Positions 39,872 to 47,664 of a stretch of DNA of 47,664 nt are shown one piece after another. Made by a program: the position numbers and the translations under genes. The notes below the pieces were generated by a model. That model saw only the letters and a list, made by a program, of their open reading frames with translations, made no database searches and was not told the origin of the DNA. Source of the DNA: a virus (taxonomy: Duplodnaviria > Heunggongvirae > Uroviricota > Caudoviricetes); IMG/VR virus record IMGVR_UViG_2639762844_000003; one strand, given 5' to 3'. The stretch's first letter is position 1. Each line of letters opens with the position of its first letter.

Positions 39872-40471
39872 ATGCGTAAAGTTTGTGCAGCCATTTTGTC
39901 CGCAGCCATCTGTCTGGCCGTATCCGGTGCGCCTGCATGGGCGTCTGAGCAGCAGGCCACACTGAGCGCAGGGTATCTTCATGCCCGTACGAACGCTCCC
40001 GGCAGCGATAATCTGAACGGGATTAACGTGAAATACCGTTATGAGTTTACGGACACACTGGGGATGGTGACGTCGTTCAGCTATGCAGGAGACAAGAATC
40101 GCCAGCTTACCCGTTACAGCGATACCCGCTGGCATGAAGATTCCGTGCGTAACCGCTGGTTCAGCGTGATGGCGGGGCCGTCTGTACGCGTGAATGAATG
40201 GTTCAGCGCGTATGCGATGGCAGGCGTGGCTTACAGCCGTGTGTCGACTTTTTCCGGGGATTATCTCCGCGTAACTGACAACAAGGGAAAAACGCACGAC
40301 GTGCTGACCGGAAGTGATGACGCTCGCCACAGTAACACCTCTCTGGCGTGGGGAGCTGGCGTGCAGTTTAACCCGACCGAATCCGTGGCCGTTGACGTCG
40401 CTTATGAAGGCTCCGGCAGCGGTGACTGGCGTACCAACAGTTTCATCGTTGGTGTCGGTTATAAATTCTGA
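39872..40471 (+). CDS. lom: Lom-like outer-membrane beta-barrel protein (Ail/OmpX/PagC family)
   Basis: Signal peptide, alternating aromatic beta-strands, C-terminal ..VGVGYKF; lambda lom position between J and stf. Confidence 0.85.
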
Positions 40472-40498
40472 TTAGCCAGGTAACACAGTGTTATGACA

Positions 40499-40524
40499 GC
40501 CCGCCGGTTCAGGCGGGCTTTTTT
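40499..40524 (+). terminator. Rho-independent terminator after lom
   Basis: GCCCGCC-GGTTCA-GGCGGGC plus a T6 run. Confidence 0.7.
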
Positions 40525-40535
40525 GTGGGGGGAAT

Positions 40536-43500
40536 ATGGCAGTACGGATTTCAGGTGTACTGAAAGATGGCGCAGGTAAGCCGATACAAAACTGCACCAT
40601 TCAGCTAAAGGCCAGGCGCAACAGCACCACGGTGGTGGTGAACACAGTGGCCTCAGAAAACCCGGATGAAGCCGGGCGTTACACAATGGACGTCGAGTAT
40701 GGTCAGTACAGCGTCAGTCTGTTGGTGGAGGGATTCCCGCCGTCACACGCCGGGATTATCACCGTATATGAGGACTCAAAGCCGGGCACACTGAATGATT
40801 TCCTCGGTGCAATGACGGAGGATGATGTCCGGCCAGAGGCACTGCGCCGTTTTGAACTGATGGTGGAAGAGGTGGCGCGTAACGCGTCCGCAGTGGCACA
40901 GAACACGGCAGCCGCGAAGAAGTCAGCCGGCGATGCCGGCACATCTGCCCGTGAGGCGGCAACCCATGCGACTGATGCTGCAGGCTCAGCACGCGCAGCC
41001 AGCACGTCAGCCGGACAGGCCGCTTCGTCGGCTCAGTCAGCGTCTTCCAGCGCAGGAACGGCATCAGCAAAGGCCACTGAAGCATCAAAAAGTGCTGCCG
41101 CTGCAGAGTCCTCAAAAAGCGCGGCGGCCACCAGTGCCGCTGCGGCAAAAACGTCAGAAACGAATGCGGCAGCGTCACAACAATCAGCAGCCACTTCAGC
41201 ATCCACCGCGACCACGAAAGCGTCAGAAGCTGCCACCTCAGCCCGGGATGCGGCGGCCTCAAAAGAGGCAGCGAAATCATCAGAAACGAACGCATCATCA
41301 AGCGCCAGTAGTGCCGCTTCCTCGGCAACGGCGGCAGGCAATTCCGCGAAGGCGGCAAAGACGTCTGAGACAAACGCCAGGTCTTCTGAAACGGCAGCGG
41401 GACAGAGTGCCTCAGCTGCGGCAGGCTCAAAAACAGCGGCTGCGTCGTCTGCCAGTGCCGCGTCAACAAGTGCCGGGCAGGCCTCAGCCAGTGCCACCGC
41501 CGCCGGAAAATCGGCAGAAAGTGCTGCATCGTCCGCTTCAACAGCCACAACGAAGGCTGGCGAAGCCGCTGTACAGGCCAGCGCAGCAGCGAGGTCTGCT
41601 TCCGCAGCGAAGACATCCGAGACGAACGCGAAAGCGTCGGAAACCAGCGCAGAATCCTCAAAAACGGCTGCCGCATCGTCCGCCAGTTCGGCGGCGTCAT
41701 CGGCATCATCTGCGTCTGCTTCAAAAGATGAGGCGACCAGACAAGCGTCCGCAGCGAAGGGCAGCGCCACGACGGCATCCACGAAGGCGACAGAGGCAGC
41801 TGGCAGTGCGACGGCGGCAGCTCAGAGCAAAAGTACGGCGGAATCCGCGGCAACGCGCGCTGAGACAGCGGCAAAACGGGCAGAGGATATTGCATCCGCC
41901 GTGGCGCTTGAGGATGCGAGCACGACGAAAAAGGGGATAGTACAGCTCAGCAGTGCGACCAATAGCACTTCCGAGTCACTGGCGGCAACGCCAAAAGCCG
42001 TTAAGGCCGCGTATGACCTGGCTAACGGGAAATACACCGCACAGGATGCAACGACAGCACAGAAAGGGATAATCCAGCTAAGCAGCGCGACCAACAGCAC
42101 GTCTGAAACGCTGGCGGCAACGCCAAAGGCAGTAAAATCAGCCTATGACAATGCAGAGAAACGTCTGCAGAAAGACCAGAACGGCGCTGATATACCCGAT
42201 AAGGGACGCTTCCTGAACAACATTAACGCGGTCAGTAAAACAGACTTTGCTGATAAGCGTGGTATGCGTTATGTGCGGGTTAACGCTCCTGCAGGTGCAA
42301 CATCTGGAAAATATTACCCTGTTGTTGTTATGCGTTCTGCTGGCTCAGTAAGCGAACTGGCATCAAGGGTCATTATCACCACGGCAACGCGAACCGCAGG
42401 CGATCCGATGAATAACTGCGAGTTTAACGGATTTGTTATGCCTGGTGGCTGGACTGACAGGGGGCGTTATGCTTATGGAATGTTCTGGCAATATCAAAAC
42501 AATGAACGAGCCATCCACTCAATAATGATGAGTAATAAGGGCGATGATTTGCGCTCTGTGTTCTATGTTGATGGCGCTGCTTTCCCTGTTTTTGCGTTTA
42601 TCGAAGATGGCCTGTCAATATCCGCACCTGGTGCTGATCTCGTTGTTAATGATACGACCTATAAGTTTGGGGCAACAAATCCAGCGACTGAATGTATCGC
42701 GGCGGACGTTATCCTTGATTTTAAGAGTGGGCGTGGTTTTTATGAGTCTCATTCGTTAATCGTTAACGATAACTTGTCGTGCAAAAAACTTTTTGCCACA
42801 GACGAAATTGTAGCGCGTGGTGGTAATCAGATTCGAATGATAGGTGGGGAGTATGGGGCATTATGGCGTAATGATGGCGCTAAAACTTACCTGCTGCTTA
42901 CCAATCAAGGTGATGTTTATGGTGGATGGAATACATTAAGACCGTTTGCTATTGATAACGCAACCGGCGAACTGGTTATTGGAACCAAGCTGTCTGCAAG
43001 TCTGAACGGTAACGCATTGACAGCAACAAAGCTGCAAACGCCAAGACTGGTTTCTGGGGTTGAGTTTGATGGTTCAAAAGATATTACTTTAACCGCCGCG
43101 CATGTGGCTGCTTTTGCCAGAAGGGCAACGGATACATATGCCGATGCGGATGGTGGCGTTCCCTGGAATGCCGAATCAGGCGCTTACAATGTCACCCGCT
43201 CTGGCGACAGCTATATTCTGGTTAACTTCTATACCGGAGTCGGAAGTTGCCGGACCCTGCAGATGAAGGCGCATTACAGAAATGGTGGTCTGTTCTACCG
43301 TTCTTCAAGAGACGGTTATGGTTTTGAGGAAGACTGGGCAGAAGTTTATACCTCGAAAAATCTTCCACCAGAAAGCTACCCAGTCGGCGCACCAATCCCG
43401 TGGCCATCAGATACCGTTCCGTCTGGTTATGCCCTGATGCAGGGGCAGACTTTTGACAAATCTGCTTACCCGAAACTTGCGGCCGCTTATCCGTCAGGCG

Positions 43501-44066
43501 TGATCCCTGATATGCGTGGCTGGACGATTAAGGGCAAGCCCGCCAGTGGTCGTGCCGTATTGTCTCAGGAACAGGACGGCATTAAATCGCACACCCACAG
43601 CGCCAGCGTATCCAGTACGGATTTGGGTACGAAAACCACATCATCGTTTGATTACGGCACTAAATCCACGAATAACACTGGTGCGCATACTCATAGTTTA
43701 AGTGGCAGCACGAATGCAGCTGGTAATCACAGCCATAGAGATGGCCGTCGATTTAACCCCAGTGTTTTTAAAGATACTTATCAATATGGTTATACAAGCT
43801 CAGGTCAAAATACCTGGGGTGTACAAGGTTCAGTAGGTATGTCTACGGGGTGGTTAGCTAATACCAGTACAGATGGTAATCATAGCCACTCACTGTCCGG
43901 CACAGCAGCATCTGCAGGTGCACACGCGCATACTGTCGGTATTGGTGCTCATACGCACTCCGTTGCGATTGGTTCACATGGACACACCATCACCGTTAAC
44001 GCTGCTGGTAATGCGGAAAACACCGTCAAAAACATCGCATTTAACTATATTGTGAGGCTTGCATAA
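40536..44066 (+). CDS. stf: Side tail fibre protein (Stf-like)
   Basis: N-terminus [37 protein letters not shown]... matches recalled lambda Stf; long Ala/Ser-rich repeat region; His-rich C-terminus. Confidence 0.85.
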   Translation: MAVRISGVLKDGAGKPIQNCTIQLKARRNSTTVVVNTVASENPDEAGRYTMDVEYGQYSVSLLVEGFPPSHAGIITVYEDSKPGTLNDFLGAMTEDDVRPEALRRFELMVEEVARNASAVAQNTAAAKKSAGDAGTSAREAATHATDAAGSARAASTSAGQAASSAQSASSSAGTASAKATEASKSAAAAESSKSAAATSAAAAKTSETNAAASQQSAATSASTATTKASEAATSARDAAASKEAAKSSETNASSSASSAASSATAAGNSAKAAKTSETNARSSETAAGQSASAAAGSKTAAASSASAASTSAGQASASATAAGKSAESAASSASTATTKAGEAAVQASAAARSASAAKTSETNAKASETSAESSKTAAASSASSAASSASSASASKDEATRQASAAKGSATTASTKATEAAGSATAAAQSKSTAESAATRAETAAKRAEDIASAVALEDASTTKKGIVQLSSATNSTSESLAATPKAVKAAYDLANGKYTAQDATTAQKGIIQLSSATNSTSETLAATPKAVKSAYDNAEKRLQKDQNGADIPDKGRFLNNINAVSKTDFADKRGMRYVRVNAPAGATSGKYYPVVVMRSAGSVSELASRVIITTATRTAGDPMNNCEFNGFVMPGGWTDRGRYAYGMFWQYQNNERAIHSIMMSNKGDDLRSVFYVDGAAFPVFAFIEDGLSISAPGADLVVNDTTYKFGATNPATECIAADVILDFKSGRGFYESHSLIVNDNLSCKKLFATDEIVARGGNQIRMIGGEYGALWRNDGAKTYLLLTNQGDVYGGWNTLRPFAIDNATGELVIGTKLSASLNGNALTATKLQTPRLVSGVEFDGSKDITLTAAHVAAFARRATDTYADADGGVPWNAESGAYNVTRSGDSYILVNFYTGVGSCRTLQMKAHYRNGGLFYRSSRDGYGFEEDWAEVYTSKNLPPESYPVGAPIPWPSDTVPSGYALMQGQTFDKSAYPKLAAAYPSGVIPDMRGWTIKGKPASGRAVLSQEQDGIKSHTHSASVSSTDLGTKTTSSFDYGTKSTNNTGAHTHSLSGSTNAAGNHSHRDGRRFNPSVFKDTYQYGYTSSGQNTWGVQGSVGMSTGWLANTSTDGNHSHSLSGTAASAGAHAHTVGIGAHTHSVAIGSHGHTITVNAAGNAENTVKNIAFNYIVRLA

Positions 44067-44647
44067 TGGCATTCAGAATGAGTGAACAACCACGGACCAT
44101 AAAAATTTATAATCTGCTGGTCGGAACTAATGAATTTATTGGTGAAGGTGACGCATATATTCCGCCTCATACAGGTCTGCCAGCAAACAGTACCGATATT
44201 GCACCACCAGATATTCCTGCTGGCTTTGTGGCTGTTTTCAACAGTGATGAGGCATCGTGGCATCTCGTTGAAGACCATCGGGGTAAAACGGTTTATGACG
44301 TGGCTTCCGGCGACGCGTTATTTATTTCTGAACTCGGCTCATTACCGGAAAATGTCACCTGGTTATCCCCGGAAGGGGAGTTTCAGAAGTGGAACGGCAC
44401 AGCCTGGGTGAAAGATGCAGAAGCAGAAAAACTATTCCGGATCCGGGAGGCGGAAGAAACAAAAAACAGCCTGATGCAGGCAGCGAATGAGCATATTGCG
44501 CCACTTCAGGATGCTGTAGATCTGGAAATCGCAACGGAGGAAGAAAACTCGTTGCTGGAAGCCTGGAAAAAGTATCGGGTGTTGCTGAACCGTGTTAATA
44601 CAACAACTGCACCGGATATTGAATGGCCAGTAGCACCTATAGGGTAA
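44066..44647 (+). CDS. tfa: Tail fibre assembly protein (Tfa-like)
   Basis: 193-aa ORF whose start overlaps the stf stop; lambda order. Confidence 0.85.
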   Translation: MAFRMSEQPRTIKIYNLLVGTNEFIGEGDAYIPPHTGLPANSTDIAPPDIPAGFVAVFNSDEASWHLVEDHRGKTVYDVASGDALFISELGSLPENVTWLSPEGEFQKWNGTAWVKDAEAEKLFRIREAEETKNSLMQAANEHIAPLQDAVDLEIATEEENSLLEAWKKYRVLLNRVNTTTAPDIEWPVAPIG

Positions 44648-45236
44648 ATTCGTAATGATTACCTAAATACGTTATTCTTTTGTTCAAAAAGTGATTTTGC
44701 TATAGGTAGGGAGTATGTTCTTGGATTAAGAATAAAAAATCGCCATGAAAGAGCTTCATGGCGAGTACATAAACGTACAAAATGTGATGAAAGTAGAGTG
44801 GCGTAAGCCACTATATTAAGATATGACAATAGCGAACAAAAGTAAATAACATTTTATGGACGTTTAATTGTTAATTATAAAAACTAGAGTGCCCGATATT
44901 GTTTATCTTGCTTTAAAATAATGTACTCAAACCAAATTTTTGAGCTAAAAGCTCAAATAATATAAATGCAATGATAATGTTTAATAAGACAATTAGCTTG
45001 CTTTGTATTTTCATTTCGGAATACTGTTAAGTAACTTTGATGACCCTAACAATAGATCGGAATTTTCTTAGAGTCAATGGTCACTGTTTTTGTTTGCAAA
45101 GCAAATGTTTTGGTGGTTATAAGTTTTCCTAATATAGTCACCTATGCAACTTGTTCCGTGTGGAGATTAAAGGTTAAAATTTAATGCGAAGATGGAATTA
45201 TAATATATTTTTTTATAATTAATTTAACCTTAACAT

Positions 45237-45335
45237 CGTTGCTGGCGGCATGGAAGAAATATCGGGTCTTGCTGATATCGTGTTGGCACTTCCTTAGTGC
45301 GGTTATCGAATGGCCAGCTGTACCTGTGGGGTAAA
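45237..45335 (+). repeat. Degenerate copy of the tfa 3' end (remnant 1)
   Basis: About 70% identical to 44552-44650; in the tfa frame it still reads [12 protein letters not shown]...EWPAVPVG then stop. Confidence 0.7.
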
Positions 45336-45466
45336 AACTTTATATGGATGCTATTTTTATAATAGCTGGTAAAAACTGGCCGAACTGAAATTCACTGTTG
45401 ATAAAAAAGATGTGTTTGAGTGTATGTCATTGTTTTCTTAATGGAATCCACTAGAATGCAGCGAAT

Positions 45467-45664
45467 TTAAGAAGGTGGGTTTTTATTGGAATATAAACTA
45501 CAATAATGCTCAACTCGTTCGTAGAATTGTTTTTTCTTATTTCTTGGAATGCTAACCATTATATGCATTATGGGGGCGATACTTCCTGATAATTTACATG
45601 ATGCATACATTGAAGCAATAAATTCAATATCATTGTCATCAAAGTTAAAGCTTTCTCCGTCCAT
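45467..45664 (-). CDS. Hypothetical small protein (weak call)
   Basis: 65-aa ORF with AAGGA Shine-Dalgarno 6 nt upstream, in the AT-rich region between the two tfa remnants. Confidence 0.25.
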   Translation of the reverse strand: MDGESFNFDDNDIEFIASMYASCKLSGSIAPIMHIMVSIPRNKKKQFYERVEHYCSLYSNKNPPS

Positions 45665-45991
45665 TTCAATTCCTTATGTGTTTGGCACAACTGATGCTGT
45701 ATCCCATGAGAATTTATGCAAGTTGTTATGTTTGATTTGATATTGCAATGATAATTGTAGCTAATTGTTTTCAATTGAGTGAAAGTTTATTTCGAGTGAT
45801 TAAGTCGAAAAAAAAGATTTCTCACGGTTAGTAAGCATATTAGGTCAGTATTCAGATATGAATGGTATTAATGACTAAATTTTCAATCATATATGGATTT
45901 TTATGCTGATGAAGATGTTTTATTTGGCGATTCGTCAAGCATCTTCACTTAAGTAATCGTATATTTTAAGAGTGCAAAAGAGAAAGGGACA

Positions 45992-46090
45992 ACGTTGCTC
46001 GCACTCTGGATTAAATATAGGGTGTTGTTAAACTGCGTTGATACATAATTGTACCGGATATTGAGTGGTCTGAAGTCCCAGTCATTAAGT
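45992..46090 (+). repeat. Second degenerate copy of the tfa 3' end (remnant 2, frameshifted)
   Basis: Alignable to the tfa 3' end (..GGATTAAATATAGGGTGTTGTTAAACTGCGTTGATACA..CCGGATATTGAGTGG..) but with an early stop and frameshift. Confidence 0.6.
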
Positions 46091-46380
46091 AATCGTTTCG
46101 TGATATGCCGCAGAAACGTTGTATGCAATAACGTTCTGCGGTTGGCTGATGCACTTTCGAGAGTGTATTGAATAATTTCAAGCCGTTATTGTTTTTACGC
46201 GTAACACCATGAAAAGACTGCTTATCTGTTGGGGTGTTTTTTGGGGCATATATGGGACAGAAATAGGCCACAGATAGATAGTAAGATCGAACTCAGGATG
46301 CTTTTGAAAAAATGTAACTATCTGAAAAAACCTAGAAAGCGCCAAGGAAACCACAGAATGAGAAAAAACATCTGTGAATT

Positions 46381-47664
46381 ATGGATTTCCAGTTATATTC
46401 GCTCGGCGCAGCGTTAGTGTTTCATGAAATATTTTTTCCTGAATCATCAACGGCAATGGCGTTAATTTTGGCAATGGGAACCTACGGTGCAGGTTATGTG
46501 GCGCGTATTGTCGGAGCATTTATTTTCGGCAAAATGGGCGACAGAATAGGGCGTAAAAAAGTGCTCTTTATTACCATCACCATGATGGGGATCTGTACCA
46601 CCTTAATTGGTGTGTTACCGACCTATGCACAGATTGGTGTTTTTGCCCCCATCTTGCTGGTGACGCTGCGTATTATTCAGGGGTTGGGTGCAGGTGCGGA
46701 AATTTCCGGTGCCGGTACGATACTGGCGGAATATGCACCAAAAGGTAAGCGCGGAATTATCTCCTCATTTGTAGCTATGGGAACTAACTGCGGAACCTTG
46801 AGCGCAACGGCAATCTGGGCCTTTATGTTCTTCATTCTCAGTAAAGAGGAACTGCTGGCGTGGGGATGGCGTATACCGTTCCTGGCGAGCGTTGTCGTGA
46901 TGGTCTTTGCTATCTGGTTACGTATGAATCTGAAAGAAAGCCCGGTCTTTGAGAAGGTTAATGACAGCAACCAACCCACAGCAAAACCTGCACCTGCTGG
47001 TAGCATGTTCCAGAGCAAATCCTTCTGGCTGGCAACAGGGCTGCGTTTTGGTCAGGCGGGTAACTCCGGGTTAATTCAGACTTTCCTTGCAGGCTATTTA
47101 GTGCAGACGTTATTGTTTAACAAAGCAATTCCAACAGATGCATTGATGATTAGTTCGATTCTCGGCTTTATGACCATTCCGTTCCTTGGTTGGTTATCCG
47201 ATAAAATTGGTCGCCGGATCCCGTATATTATTATGAATACCTCCGCGATTGTGCTGGCATGGCCAATGCTTTCTATCATTGTAGATAAAAGCTATGCCCC
47301 GAGCACCATTATGGTTGCACTGATTGTGATTCATAACTGTGCGGTGCTGGGATTATTTGCTCTGGAAAACATTACCATGGCAGAAATGTTCGGCTGTAAA
47401 AACCGCTTTACCCGGATGGCTATTTCTAAAGAAATTGGTGGTCTTATCGCTTCCGGTTTTGGTCCTATCCTGGCGGGTATTTTCTGCACCATGACGGAAT
47501 CCTGGTATCCGATCGCCATTATGATCATGGCATATTCAGTGATTGGTTTAATCTCTGCGCTGAAAATGCCAGAGGTGAAAGACCGTGATTTAAGTGCGCT
47601 GGAAGACGCTGCGGAAGATCAACCGCGTGTTGTAAGAGCTGCGCAACCTTCCAGAAGTCTGTAA
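46381..47664 (+). CDS. ydfJ: MFS-type transporter, YdfJ-like, 3' portion (chromosomal gene at the prophage junction)
   Basis: 427-aa polytopic membrane ORF at backbone GC content; matches the recalled size and position of ydfJ, the Qin-interrupted transporter gene. Confidence 0.7.
   Translation: MDFQLYSLGAALVFHEIFFPESSTAMALILAMGTYGAGYVARIVGAFIFGKMGDRIGRKKVLFITITMMGICTTLIGVLPTYAQIGVFAPILLVTLRIIQGLGAGAEISGAGTILAEYAPKGKRGIISSFVAMGTNCGTLSATAIWAFMFFILSKEELLAWGWRIPFLASVVVMVFAIWLRMNLKESPVFEKVNDSNQPTAKPAPAGSMFQSKSFWLATGLRFGQAGNSGLIQTFLAGYLVQTLLFNKAIPTDALMISSILGFMTIPFLGWLSDKIGRRIPYIIMNTSAIVLAWPMLSIIVDKSYAPSTIMVALIVIHNCAVLGLFALENITMAEMFGCKNRFTRMAISKEIGGLIASGFGPILAGIFCTMTESWYPIAIMIMAYSVIGLISALKMPEVKDRDLSALEDAAEDQPRVVRAAQPSRSL

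Noticed and set aside
40703-42100. Long ORFs 40759-41895 (minus), 40933-41940 (plus) and 41033-41782 (minus)
   Set aside because: Products of the Ala/Ser-rich repeat DNA of stf read in other frames (poly-Arg/Pro/Gln or poly-Ala/Asp).
44916-45014. Minus-strand 33-aa hydrophobic peptide ORF (MKIQSKLIVLLNIIIAFILFELLAQKFGLSTLF)
   Set aside because: No recognisable Shine-Dalgarno, and AT-rich DNA produces such ORFs by chance; kept only as a note.

Overview
This window is almost entirely one lambdoid prophage of the E. coli Qin/DLP12 type, read from its integrase end to its tail-fibre end, followed by the 3' part of the chromosomal transporter gene ydfJ. Gene order: int-xis-exonuclease; a DicA/DicC immunity region with a ydfA-dicF-dicB-ydfD-like division-inhibition operon; a replication gene with internal iterons; an AT-rich cargo island beside a hok type I toxin; rem/DUF968/rusA/Q; a Q-dependent late promoter and terminator with two tRNAs; two paralogous lipoproteins with TolA C-terminal-like domains; a phage-21-type lysis cassette (pinholin, SAR endolysin, Rz/Rz1) interrupted by an IS911-like element; a second AT-rich cargo gene; a candidate cos site; and a lambda-like head and tail module (terminase, portal, protease-capsid fusion, Z, U, V, G/T, H, M, L, K, I, J, lom, stf, tfa). 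The most interesting candidates for undescribed functions are the TolA-domain lipoprotein pair in the stx-equivalent position, the hairpin-bounded AT-rich island with a 340-aa gene where relBE normally sits, and the opposite-strand 230-aa gene between Rz and cos. All calls rest on reading the sequence and recalled family knowledge; no database search was run.
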